Below, in pieces: positions 49,411-59,741 of a DNA stretch of 64,000 bases. Under the pieces are notes generated by a model. That model did not search any database, was not told the origin of the DNA, and saw nothing but the letters and a program-made list of their open reading frames with translations. Positions within the stretch are counted from its first letter, which is position 1. The number at the start of each line of letters is the position of its first letter. Made by a program: the position numbers and the translations under genes. Origin of the DNA: Nitrososphaeria archaeon (GTDB lineage Archaea; Thermoproteota; Nitrososphaeria; JACIWG01); NCBI GenBank assembly GCA_050011875.1, contig JBEKIG010000006.1, forward strand, positions 32,001 to 96,000, in the 5' to 3' direction.

Positions 49411-52365
49411 TTGGATAGAAGTGAACTGATAAGAGGTTTTATACGTGACAATCTAGGCTTGTTGACTCTAAAGTCTTTCCCAGTCGAATTGTATAAGAAA
49501 GCAAAGCAAAAATATTTCATTGAAAGACATGGTAACTCTCAGCAAGGTGTACCCCGAGACTCAGAAATAGCTAGTGAGACCATTTGGTTCCTTATAAGGA
49601 GAAACCAAATACAATCACAGGATGAACTTGACAAAATTCTATCTGTTGGTCTAATGGCTGAGAAACTTAAAAATAAACAAACATTCTACGAATTTATCGA
49701 GTCAAGAAAGCCGTCTGAGCCTATTGTAGATTTTTCAAAGGTAAAACAAGCAGATTTCTTGGCTGGGATGCGTGAACAGATTAGGAAAGAACTTGAAAGC
49801 GAAATGAAAGTTTCCAATGTTTATAGAATAGAAGAACTAGATAAAGAAATCCAACGAAAAGTTGAAGAATATCAGTCTATTCCTTCGGTGATAGATGGTA
49901 AGGAATTCCCTGAACCTCCTCAACCCGTAATTGAGCTTGAAGCTCAGACATATATACCTTGGTGGAGGCAATTAAATCTAACCAAGGATCCATTCCCAGT
50001 AACAGAGGGATTGAGACGAATAGACCCTTCCTCATATGAAAGTGTAATAGTGAAAACACAAACCTTCCAGAAGTATTTGTCATATTTAGACGAAGCTCCT
50101 GAAGAATTGTTTAAGAACACAATCTTTTTCGGTGAATTTGGGTCGGGTAAGACTACCCTTTTTGAATATTTAACGAAAGCTTTTTCATCCAAAGAGATAT
50201 ATTCTATATATGTACAGTTATATTCTGAGAAAGATCTCCAAAGTCTGAAGATTAAATTTAAGGAGAAAATGATTGAAGAACTTCAAGAAATTCTTAATGA
50301 ACATGAAGGCGATGTATTAAGTATAGGAACAGCCAATATGGATATGACCTTAAGAACTCTTCTAAATAAGCTTGAGTCCAAATTGAATTCAAGAGGACTG
50401 ATAATTTTCGTTGACGATCTACACAAGAATAAAGAAGATTATCCCGTATCTTTAGAATTCCTTAGTTATTTGCAAATATTTACATCAGAGATAGTGAAAA
50501 AAACAGGTTTTCAAGATATTGCCTTCTACGTAGCAGGTGCCCTTCCATGGGAGCATGAAATAAGGACCCAACCAAGATATTCTGGTTCATTGGCTCGTCG
50601 TGAAACTATACCAGATATAACAGAAGAAGAGGCTTGGCAAATGCTTAATAAACGATTAGAGGCATTTTATCCCAACCCTGAAGTGAAGAGGACAGTAGAC
50701 AGAAAATTTGTTGCTCAAGTTTATAAAGACTTGAAAATAAACAAATTTGAATTAACGTTCCGTGGTTTCATACGGCGTCTGGTAGATGAATTCAAAATAG
50801 GTGACTTTCATGCTCTTACTAGTGACCCAGTTCATATACAACAAGATGTATTAGATCATATTAAAAAAGATCTCGAATCAAATACAATACTTAAAGAAAG
50901 GTTCAATACCCTATTGCAGGAGAAAATTCAAGGAGTTGAACAAAGAGTTGCATCCCTTCGCCTTCTTGCTGATATATTCTTAAAAAAGTCGGTAAAAGAC
51001 CAAGACTTAACTGAAAACAAATACTTCTGCTTGAAACAACTTAGTGACACTAGGCTTATCATCAAACAAAGAGAGAAGGAACATGACTTTTCATGGATCA
51101 TTTGTCCCGAGTTATCTGAGCGCGTTCGCTTCATTGCTTCCAATTATTCTCTATCACTCGAAGATTATATACTAAAAATATATGGTTTAACCCCAGGAAA
51201 ACGTAAAGGTCTAAATGAAGAAATTCAACAAACAAAGACTTTTATCGATGAAAGTGTTGTGGAAGGTAAAGATATACTAGAAGGAGCATTAAAATTGCAC
51301 AAAGAAATAATTGAAATTATGGAGAATTATAACCTAGAAATATCTGAAATCGAACTTGCAAGTAAGTGCAGACAATCATTAGAACTGTTAACTAGATTTT
51401 ATCTAACACAAGTTGAGCCAATCGATGAATCTAGCCCCTTTACTATTGGACTGGAATTCTGGAAGGATTACTGGTATTCTCCTAGAGAAATGGCACAATT
51501 CCAAAATGTGATATCTGACGAATATGAAATCAGACAGAGAATATGGCATGTTTGTAGTATTTATAGACAAGCTTACAGCTCAATTTTCGTGTTTATTACT
51601 AGAGAATATCAGTTCCTCACGTCTGTGCGTATACCTTCATTGCATCTAGATAATAGTGATATAAAACAGTTAGTCGAAGCGAGAGACTGGTGGTCGAATC
51701 AGAATTACGAGCGATGCGTTCAGTGCCTATATGGTTCTATACAATCCAAGCTTAGAACATTTGTTCAGAACATTTTTACTTTAATTTATGGTGATATAGA
51801 TGACCGCTTTAATCATGTAGCAGAGCCTTTGCGTTCGCGAATAAGAGATAGTCTTCCTTCAAAACCTTCTTCGCTAATACAAGAATTTTCCACTTTGACC
51901 TTAAAAGAAATTGGAGAGCTTATGACAGATGCCAATGCTAACAGAGAGATCAATAATTGGAACTGCCTTTTTTCAAAGCTTTTTCAACCTTTAACCAAAG
52001 ATGAAATAACGGGATATATCAATAGATTATCGTCTCTGAAACTGCAATGTGACAACATGGAAGAGTTTGGCAAAGATATTTCTCTCGAATTGAGAGAACT
52101 ACTGCTCTTCATGCGTGACCTTAGTTGCAAATCCAATATGGCATACGTCAATCTCTTACGTGAAGGTTTACAGATACGATTGAATGTAACGAGTGCTATG
52201 CTATACATCACGCCAATTAACGAAATTGAAAAACTGAAAACAATTGGCCTGTCTTTTAGGCCGGAAGTGTTCCAAGCTCTTGATACACACCTTTCATCTG
52301 GGACAATTAGTTTAAGTGATCAGAGTTATGCTAGAGAATATGAAGAAATCCCTGTACGACACTGA
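49411..52365 (+). CDS. Large P-loop NTPase (AAA+/STAND-like) with a C-terminal Swt1-like HEPN-type helical region; N-terminal part of an interrupted NTPase-TIR frame
   Basis: LNLTKDPF, Walker A GEFGSGKTT and Walker B IIFVDDLH. The region IQSKLRTFV...IYG...TLKEIGELM...NNWNCLFSKLF resembles Swt1-like HEPN. Confidence 0.75.
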   Translation: MDRSELIRGFIRDNLGLLTLKSFPVELYKKAKQKYFIERHGNSQQGVPRDSEIASETIWFLIRRNQIQSQDELDKILSVGLMAEKLKNKQTFYEFIESRKPSEPIVDFSKVKQADFLAGMREQIRKELESEMKVSNVYRIEELDKEIQRKVEEYQSIPSVIDGKEFPEPPQPVIELEAQTYIPWWRQLNLTKDPFPVTEGLRRIDPSSYESVIVKTQTFQKYLSYLDEAPEELFKNTIFFGEFGSGKTTLFEYLTKAFSSKEIYSIYVQLYSEKDLQSLKIKFKEKMIEELQEILNEHEGDVLSIGTANMDMTLRTLLNKLESKLNSRGLIIFVDDLHKNKEDYPVSLEFLSYLQIFTSEIVKKTGFQDIAFYVAGALPWEHEIRTQPRYSGSLARRETIPDITEEEAWQMLNKRLEAFYPNPEVKRTVDRKFVAQVYKDLKINKFELTFRGFIRRLVDEFKIGDFHALTSDPVHIQQDVLDHIKKDLESNTILKERFNTLLQEKIQGVEQRVASLRLLADIFLKKSVKDQDLTENKYFCLKQLSDTRLIIKQREKEHDFSWIICPELSERVRFIASNYSLSLEDYILKIYGLTPGKRKGLNEEIQQTKTFIDESVVEGKDILEGALKLHKEIIEIMENYNLEISEIELASKCRQSLELLTRFYLTQVEPIDESSPFTIGLEFWKDYWYSPREMAQFQNVISDEYEIRQRIWHVCSIYRQAYSSIFVFITREYQFLTSVRIPSLHLDNSDIKQLVEARDWWSNQNYERCVQCLYGSIQSKLRTFVQNIFTLIYGDIDDRFNHVAEPLRSRIRDSLPSKPSSLIQEFSTLTLKEIGELMTDANANREINNWNCLFSKLFQPLTKDEITGYINRLSSLKLQCDNMEEFGKDISLELRELLLFMRDLSCKSNMAYVNLLREGLQIRLNVTSAMLYITPINEIEKLKTIGLSFRPEVFQALDTHLSSGTISLSDQSYAREYEEIPVRH

Positions 52366-52410
52366 ATAATATACTTAGCCTTAGCTACAAATGAAGGAAA
52401 GGCTTACATT

Positions 52411-52881
52411 TTGAATATCAAATCCAAATATACTATTGAAAAAGACAAGGGATCAACAATATCAATCAGGAGGGTGTTTAAATTTGCTGAAAAGCCTCCG
52501 AGGGTATTTATTTGTTATTCTAGCAAAGATAGGGATTTTGCCCAAAAGCTAGCAAAAGATCTGACAACGTATGGAATAATGGTGTGGTATGATGAATACG
52601 AGATAAAAGTCGGTGACTCGATTACAGAAAAGATTAGCAAAGCTCTTCAAGAATGTGATTATCTCTGTATTATATTGTCTCCAGATTCCGTTAATTCAGA
52701 ATGGGTTAAGAGAGAGCTGTCTGTAGCACTATTGGATGAGCTAGATCATAAGCGTGTTAAAGTCCTTCCAATCCTTTGGAAAGACTGCCAAGTTCCCCCA
52801 CTTATTCAGGATAAAAGACGAGCAAACTTCAGTCATATTTATGAAAAGGGACTTGAGGAACTGTTAGACCGTTTTTCCTAA
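52411..52881 (+). CDS. TIR domain (TIR_2-type) protein, in frame with the upstream NTPase
   Basis: VFICYSSKD, VWYDEYEI.VGDS and LSPDSVNSEWVKREL (catalytic Glu). Same frame as 49411, with a single TGA between them. Confidence 0.9.
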   Translation: MNIKSKYTIEKDKGSTISIRRVFKFAEKPPRVFICYSSKDRDFAQKLAKDLTTYGIMVWYDEYEIKVGDSITEKISKALQECDYLCIILSPDSVNSEWVKRELSVALLDELDHKRVKVLPILWKDCQVPPLIQDKRRANFSHIYEKGLEELLDRFS

Positions 52882-53386
52882 ACCAATGGAGAAAAATCTT
52901 TTATTTTATTATTGAGTAATAGAACACTTTGCTATTTGGCATGTATTGCTGACCAAAGGATGATTATTTATCTTCTCTAATGAAAAACCTAACCTGTTCA
53001 GTGAAACGGTATAGCCATTCCAGTAAAGAAACTCATGTATGGATCTTTGGTCTAGACCGATTATTGATAGAATTTTGGATTTTTCGAATAATAGACCAAA
53101 ATCATGAAAATTTATCTGAACTTCATGGACAAAATTCTTAGTCAGATGGTGCCCCCATCCCATGCTGACAACTTTTTTAGTCTAAAATCGGCTGATCTAG
53201 CGGTTAAGATTCCTTTGGCTTTTAAAAAGTTAGGGGGAGGCTAACAGAAGATAATAATGGTGAAAGGGAGACCTTAAATTTGGAATCCCAACCATGGCCA
53301 TCATTCATTTCCATTCATTCATGACCAGAGTTCCCACAATATGGGTAGAAGTCTATAATAATCAGTGTCATCAATCTGGTAGTGGT

Positions 53387-54922
53387 ATGCCAGTTCAGGA
53401 GAAACTCTTCAACGAAGATAAGATGACCAATAATAACATTGAGAAGCGATTGTGGGATATTGCAAACAATCTGAGGGCAAATTCCAAGCTGAGCTCTTCC
53501 GAGTACTCCACCCCTGTGCTTGGGCTTATTTTCCTGCGTCATGCTGCCTTCAAATTTACCAAGAAACAAAAGGAGCTAGAAAAAAATGTACAAGGCTCAA
53601 GAAGGCAGGTAGGTAAGCTGGATTTTCAGGCAGAGGGCGTACTTTACCTTCCGGAAAAAGCCAGATACTCCTACTTACTCAACCTACCAGAAGGTGATGA
53701 TATCGGCAAGGCCATGGATACGGCGATGGATGCTATTGAAGATGAGAATCCTGATCTTAAAGGAACGCTTCCTAGAGGTTATTCCAAGTTCTCAAATGAT
53801 TTGCTTGTCACGCTCTTGAGAGCGTTCTCACAGATAGCCGATGATATTGAGGGAGACGTTTTCGGAAGGATCTACGAGTACTTTCTTGGCGAGTTTGCGA
53901 TGACTGAAGGCCAGAAGGGTGGCGAGTTCTACACACCAATATCACTGGTCAAACTGATTGTCGAAGTGATTGAACCATTCCACGGCAAGATTCTTGACCC
54001 AGCATGTGGTTCAGGCGGTATGTTTGTTCAAAGTGCACGTTTCGTTGAAGAGCGAAAAAGGAATCCAAGTGAGGAATTGTCCATCTATGGCCAAGAAAGA
54101 GTCACAGGCACAGTAAATCTGTGCAAGATGAACCTTGCAGTCCACGGATTATCAGGCGATATAAGAGAGGGCAACAGCTACTATGAAGACATTCACAAAA
54201 GCACCGGTAAATTCGACTATGTTATGGCCAATCCCCCATTCAACGTCAAGAAAGTTGACTACGAAAAAGTCAAAGGAGATCATCGCTGGCCTTTCGGGTT
54301 ACCATCGACTGATAATGCCAACTATCTGTGGATTCAGCTATTCTATTCTGCTTTAAATGACAAAGGCAGAGCAGGATTTGTCATGGCAAATTCTGCGGCA
54401 GATGCAAGAGGTGCTGAGTTAGAAATAAGAAAGAAACTGATTCAGTCAGATGCCATAGACGTAATGATTTCGATAAGTCCAAACTTCTTTTACACTGTAA
54501 CACTACCATGCACATTATGGTTCTTGGACAAGGACAAAGTTAACACAAAAAGGAAAGGAAATATTCTTTTCATAGATGCTCGCAGTATCTTCAATCAAGT
54601 CGACAGGGCTCATAGAGAATTTGTTCCAGAGCAAATTGACCAAATAGCAGGAATAGTTAGAAGTTATCGTGAAGAGAAAGGAGCAAAGTCGTATAAGGAT
54701 GTTCAAGGACTTTGTAAGATTACAACTCTCAAAGAAATAGAGGAACAAGGTTGGTCTTTGAATCCTGGCAGATATATTGGGGTCTCTGAAAAAAAGGAAG
54801 AAGATTATGATTTCAATGAGAGGATTGAAGAGTTTGATGAAGAACTTGAAACACTTAACGAAGAAGCACATCAGCTTGAAAAACAAATATCGGAGAACGT
54901 GAACAAATTATTAGGGGATTAA
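53387..54922 (+). CDS. hsdM: Type I restriction-modification methyltransferase subunit
   Basis: [16 protein letters not shown] and NPPF motifs. Likely start MPVQEK (53387). Confidence 0.95.
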   Translation: MPVQEKLFNEDKMTNNNIEKRLWDIANNLRANSKLSSSEYSTPVLGLIFLRHAAFKFTKKQKELEKNVQGSRRQVGKLDFQAEGVLYLPEKARYSYLLNLPEGDDIGKAMDTAMDAIEDENPDLKGTLPRGYSKFSNDLLVTLLRAFSQIADDIEGDVFGRIYEYFLGEFAMTEGQKGGEFYTPISLVKLIVEVIEPFHGKILDPACGSGGMFVQSARFVEERKRNPSEELSIYGQERVTGTVNLCKMNLAVHGLSGDIREGNSYYEDIHKSTGKFDYVMANPPFNVKKVDYEKVKGDHRWPFGLPSTDNANYLWIQLFYSALNDKGRAGFVMANSAADARGAELEIRKKLIQSDAIDVMISISPNFFYTVTLPCTLWFLDKDKVNTKRKGNILFIDARSIFNQVDRAHREFVPEQIDQIAGIVRSYREEKGAKSYKDVQGLCKITTLKEIEEQGWSLNPGRYIGVSEKKEEDYDFNERIEEFDEELETLNEEAHQLEKQISENVNKLLGD

Positions 54923-54923
54923 A

Positions 54924-56201
54924 GTGACATCACAAGAATATGAAGTCAAATTGGGTGACTGCATTGAAACTTTAAAAGGATTTGCATTCAAAAGTCAATG
55001 GTATACAGATAAAGGCGTCCCTTTGATAAAAGTGAGTGATTTTTCCGATGATTCAATATCAACAGAAAACATAACCTTTATACCTGAACACATTGCCAAG
55101 GATTTTGACAGATATAGAATCCGAGAAAACGATATAATCATTCAAACAGTGGGCTCCTGGCCGAGAAACCCAAAATCTGTTGTTGGAAAAGCAATTCTGG
55201 TTCCAAGAAACTGCAATAATTCTCTACTCAATCAGAATGCTGTTAAAATCATTCCAAATCGGAACATTGATAACAATTTTCTTTTCTATTTATTGAGGTC
55301 GAAGCAATTTAAAGACTACATTATAAACACAGCGCAAGGAGCTGCAAATCAAGCAAGCATAACATTGGAATCGATTAAGAACTTTAAATTTGTTTTGCCT
55401 GATTTCGATTCACAGAAAAAAATTGGCGCACAAATACGAAATTATGACGACCTCATCAAGAACAATTCTCGTCGTATTCAACTTCTCGAACATATAGCAA
55501 AACTTATCTATGATGAATGGTTTGTCAGATTCAAATTTCCGGGACATGAAAATATCGGGATAGTTGAATCTGAATTAGGAGATATCCCAAAGGGATGGAA
55601 GGTCTCCAAATTGAGTGAAGTAATAGATATCGACCCGAAAATGGCATTTCTAAAAAATTCAGAAAAAGTCTATGTTCCAATGAGTGCGTTATCCCCGAAC
55701 TCAATGTTAATTGACGAGTTTGAATTTCGAAGAGGTAATGATGGTTCGAAATTCAAGAATGGGGATACTTTATTCGCTCGCATTACTCCTAGTCTTGAAC
55801 ATGGTAAGACTGCCTTCGTTCAGTTCCTTGGCCCAGACGAAGTTGCGTTAGGCTCTACAGAGTTCATTGTTTTCAGATCGAGAACTCTGAACCCATATTA
55901 TGTTTACTTTATTGCACGTAACGAAAATTTGCGGCAGCACGCAATTAAGAGTATGACTGGGGCGTCTGGTCGACAGAGGGTTCAATCGTCTTGTTTTGAC
56001 AGTTTCTATTTCCCACGTCCCGAAGAAGATACATTAACAAAGTTCGCTTCAATAGTAGCACCGATGTTTCATGAAATCCAAGTCCTTTGTAGGAAGAATC
56101 AAATATTGCAACACATGCGGAATCTGCTTCTACCAAAGTTGATTTCTGGTGAGATTAATGTTTCAGAATTGGATATTAAGGTTCCTGAAGTGGAAGCATG
56201 A
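54924..56201 (+). CDS. hsdS: Type I restriction-modification specificity subunit
   Basis: Two TRDs with conserved spacers (P...QKKI..., IYDEWFVRFKFPG, IPKGW, RNLLLPKLISGE). Confidence 0.95.
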   Translation: MTSQEYEVKLGDCIETLKGFAFKSQWYTDKGVPLIKVSDFSDDSISTENITFIPEHIAKDFDRYRIRENDIIIQTVGSWPRNPKSVVGKAILVPRNCNNSLLNQNAVKIIPNRNIDNNFLFYLLRSKQFKDYIINTAQGAANQASITLESIKNFKFVLPDFDSQKKIGAQIRNYDDLIKNNSRRIQLLEHIAKLIYDEWFVRFKFPGHENIGIVESELGDIPKGWKVSKLSEVIDIDPKMAFLKNSEKVYVPMSALSPNSMLIDEFEFRRGNDGSKFKNGDTLFARITPSLEHGKTAFVQFLGPDEVALGSTEFIVFRSRTLNPYYVYFIARNENLRQHAIKSMTGASGRQRVQSSCFDSFYFPRPEEDTLTKFASIVAPMFHEIQVLCRKNQILQHMRNLLLPKLISGEINVSELDIKVPEVEA

Positions 56202-59200
56202 CTGACTACTCGGAAGATGAATTGATCGAGCGTTCAGCAATAAAGGTCCTAACTCAGGATTTGCATTATGAGTATCTAAACAGCTATGAAGAGAAGTTTC
56301 CTCAGACTCTTGGCAGGGAAACAAAGTCAGACGTTGTTCTTGTCAATAGACTATCCAAGGCCATCAACAAACTGAATGAGGGATTGTCAGAGGAAGCCAA
56401 GAAAGAAGCTATCTCAGAATTACTGCAAGATAGAAGCAGGCTTTCCTTGGTCAAGGCCAATCAAGAATTCTACCAAATCATCAAAGATGGTGTCAAGGTC
56501 AAGACTAAGAATAACAGGGGAGAATACGAATACCGTAACGTAAAAATTATCGACTTCAACAATCCTGAAGCCAATGACTTCTTCCTTGCTTCGCAATTCT
56601 GGGTTTGTGGCGAAATCTATACAAGAAGACCTGACTTGGTGTGCTTCGTAAATGGCGTACCTCTTGTTATGATAGAGTTGAAAGCAAGAAGTGTGGATGT
56701 CAAGAGGGCATTTGACGATAACATTACAGATTACAAGGATACGATCCCGCAGCTCTTCTGGTATAATGCATTTGTTATCATCTCAAACGGCAGAGATGCA
56801 AAGATAGGTAGCATCACAAGTGGATATGAACACTTCTCTGAATGGAAGAAGGTTGACGCAGAAAAGGAGGTCGGTATCGTATCACTGGAAAGAGTCCTGA
56901 AGGGAACTTGCGACAAGAATAGACTCATAGACTTATTTGAGAATTTCATTCTCTTTACAACAATCGAAGGAAAACAGGTCAAGCTGATTGCAAAGAACCA
57001 TCAATACCTCGGTGTCAACAATGCCATTGAGGTCTTCAAGAATAGGAAGATGAACAACGGCAGATTGGGCGTCTTCTGGCACACACAGGGCTCAGGTAAA
57101 AGCTATTCCATGATATTCTTCTCACAGAAAGTGCTCAGAAAATTTGAGGGACACTACACTTTTGTCATTGTCACAGACCGTCAGGAGCTCGACCAGCAGA
57201 TTTACCAGAACTTCCAAAACGCTGGCGTGGTTACTGAAGAAAAGGTTCAAGCCGAAAGCGGTGAACATCTGAAGAGACTTTTGAGAGAAGACCATAGACT
57301 CGTATTCACGTTGATTCACAAATTCAATACCGAGAAGGGAGAAACCTATCCCAAGCTGTCTGATAGAGACGACATCATTGTCATGACGGATGAGGCTCAC
57401 CGGACACAATACGATATTCTTGCTCTAAATATGAGGAATGCTTTGCCCAATGCCTCATTCATTGCATTCACAGGAACGCCACTCATGAAAGAAGGTGAAG
57501 AAAAGACGAGGGCCACTTTCGGTGATTACGTTAGTATCTACAACTTCAGAGAAAGCGTCGAAGACCAAGCCACCGTTCCACTCTACTATGAGAATAGAGT
57601 TCCTGAACTACAAATCATCAACCCAAACCTAAACGATGACATATACAACGTAATTGAAGAAGCGGACTTGGATACGGCTCAGGAAGAGAAGCTGGCCCGA
57701 GAGTTTGATAGAGAATACCACATTTTAACGAGAGAAGACCGCCTCAACACCATCGCTGAAGATATCGTTAATCATTTCATCAACAGAGGCTATGGAGGCA
57801 AGGCCATGGTGGTATCAATTGATAAAATCACCACTGTTAAAATGTACGATAAGGTCCAATACTATTGGCAGAAATATATCAATACCCTCAAAGCAAAAGC
57901 AGACAAAGCAAAATATGAGGATGCAACGCCAATAAATGACAAGATCGCACAGCAGAAAAAGGTAGACATGGCAGTAGTCATCAGCCAAGAACAGAACGAA
58001 GTCAAGAAATTCAAAGAAAAAGGCCTTGACATCGCTAAACATAGAAAGCGAATGGTCAATGAAGACCTGGCAACCATCTTCAAAGACCCCGACAGTCACT
58101 TCAAGATAGTCTTCGTCTGCAATATGTGGATGACAGGATTTGACGTTCCATGTCTTTCCACAATTTACCTGGATAAACCGATGAAGAACCACACGCTAAT
58201 GCAGGCAATCGCAAGAGCGAATAGAGTCTTCAAAGAGAAACAGGCAGGCTTCATTGTTGATTATGCCAACATCTTCAAGAATCTAAAGAAAGCACTCGCA
58301 ATCTATGCAGCACCAATCCCAGGCGGACAAGTAGACCTGCCAATCCAATCAAAAGACGAACTCGTGCAGGTCTTGAGAGACTACATCAAAGAACTGAACA
58401 AGTTCTTAGGGGAACAAGGCATTAACCAAGTGAAGATTATCACTAGCAAGGGAATAGAAAAGAATGCCCTACTTGATGCAGCGTTATCAGCTCTCGTCAT
58501 CAATGACAACGTTAAGAACAACTTCCTACAGAAGACAGGAATCGCAATTAAAACATACAGTGCAATATTACCTCATAAAGACGCATCAGAATTCAGCGCT
58601 GACATTACGCTCTACCTAGAACTTGTCAGAGAAATACGCTCACTCGACCCAGAAGTTGATATAAACGCAGTCATGCAAAACGTAGAGACTGTCCTCGACA
58701 AATCGATAGCCTCAAAAAGCTACGTAATCAGCGAGTCAACTAAAAAAACTATTGACCTTAGCAAGATTGACTTTGAGGCATTGAGGAAAAAGTTCGAGAA
58801 GAAAAAGAGCAACGCAGACGTTGAACGTCTCAAGAACATTATCACATTCAAATTGAAAGAGATGGTACGACTAAATAGCATAAGGATTGATTATCAAACA
58901 AGATTCCAGCAGCTTATTGACGACTATAATTCAGGTTCGATGAATCAAGAGACATTCTTCGATGAACTGGTTAGGTTTAGCATCGGTTTGGACAAGGAAG
59001 AAAGAAGAACATTGGTGGAAGGTTTAACCGAAGAAGAACTTGTTCTCTTCGATAAACTGAATAAACCAAATCTTCCAGAGAAAGACAAAAACCAAATCAA
59101 GAAAGTGGCAAAAGACTTGCTACATAGACTCCAACCTGTGAAACTCGTACTTGATTGGAGAAAGAAACAGCAGACAAGAGCATCAGTCAGACTTGAAATC

Positions 59201-59362
59201 GAAAAAGAACTCGATGTTGGTCTACCAAAGATTTACACGCAAGAAGATTACCAACAAAAGTGTCAAGAGGTTTTCCAACACTTCTATGACAATTACTTTG
59301 GAGATGGCCTAAGTGTATTCAACACAGGCTTTGGAGTTAATTTCCAGAGGAGGCTTGGATAG
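56198..59362 (+). CDS. hsdR: Type I restriction endonuclease/translocase subunit
   Basis: RPD...IELK nuclease motif, HTQGSGKS, DEAHR, FTGTP, TGFDVP and QAIARANR motifs. Confidence 0.96.
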   Translation: MTDYSEDELIERSAIKVLTQDLHYEYLNSYEEKFPQTLGRETKSDVVLVNRLSKAINKLNEGLSEEAKKEAISELLQDRSRLSLVKANQEFYQIIKDGVKVKTKNNRGEYEYRNVKIIDFNNPEANDFFLASQFWVCGEIYTRRPDLVCFVNGVPLVMIELKARSVDVKRAFDDNITDYKDTIPQLFWYNAFVIISNGRDAKIGSITSGYEHFSEWKKVDAEKEVGIVSLERVLKGTCDKNRLIDLFENFILFTTIEGKQVKLIAKNHQYLGVNNAIEVFKNRKMNNGRLGVFWHTQGSGKSYSMIFFSQKVLRKFEGHYTFVIVTDRQELDQQIYQNFQNAGVVTEEKVQAESGEHLKRLLREDHRLVFTLIHKFNTEKGETYPKLSDRDDIIVMTDEAHRTQYDILALNMRNALPNASFIAFTGTPLMKEGEEKTRATFGDYVSIYNFRESVEDQATVPLYYENRVPELQIINPNLNDDIYNVIEEADLDTAQEEKLAREFDREYHILTREDRLNTIAEDIVNHFINRGYGGKAMVVSIDKITTVKMYDKVQYYWQKYINTLKAKADKAKYEDATPINDKIAQQKKVDMAVVISQEQNEVKKFKEKGLDIAKHRKRMVNEDLATIFKDPDSHFKIVFVCNMWMTGFDVPCLSTIYLDKPMKNHTLMQAIARANRVFKEKQAGFIVDYANIFKNLKKALAIYAAPIPGGQVDLPIQSKDELVQVLRDYIKELNKFLGEQGINQVKIITSKGIEKNALLDAALSALVINDNVKNNFLQKTGIAIKTYSAILPHKDASEFSADITLYLELVREIRSLDPEVDINAVMQNVETVLDKSIASKSYVISESTKKTIDLSKIDFEALRKKFEKKKSNADVERLKNIITFKLKEMVRLNSIRIDYQTRFQQLIDDYNSGSMNQETFFDELVRFSIGLDKEERRTLVEGLTEEELVLFDKLNKPNLPEKDKNQIKKVAKDLLHRLQPVKLVLDWRKKQQTRASVRLEIEKELDVGLPKIYTQEDYQQKCQEVFQHFYDNYFGDGLSVFNTGFGVNFQRRLG

Positions 59363-59741
59363 CTGAGAAGCATAGGTTACGGACCCCCCTCATTATTATG
59401 TTGCACATTGGCCTGATATTATAGCAATAGACGTAGATAGACCAGATGACCGATATGTTATTGAGTATGTCAACAGCGCGAGACAATTCCTTTTGACTTG
59501 AGAGGGTATAAATGCTCTATCAACAGTAATGACCAGAGGTCTTATTGCTGATTTTTTTATAAAGTAAAGCTTTGCGGATAAGGAGTTTGCTTCATGGACT
59601 CCTTTAAGCTTATTGAGAAAATATTCAATTTAGGTTAATGATTCTAGTCAATGCTTTAACTGCTTTTTCCCTTCGATCATAAGCCTGATCTTCGATAAGG
59701 GAAATCAAAGTATTAACTAAACGTTTTACTCGATACTTGGT

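Noticed and set aside
52363-52365. Genome-wide UGA recoding or selenocysteine
   Set aside because: Well-conserved genes (dnaJ, mgtA, hsdS, smc) end correctly at TGA, the position is not a redox Cys-type site, and no SECIS-like hairpin was recognised.
52909-53163. 84-aa minus-strand ORF between the TIR gene and hsdM
   Set aside because: No recognisable motif or composition bias; it may be a relic but cannot be supported.
59580-59604. Hairpin AAGGAGT...ACTCCTT after hsdR as a terminator
   Set aside because: Short stem more than 200 bp from the stop; archaeal termination relies mainly on U-tracts, so support is too weak.
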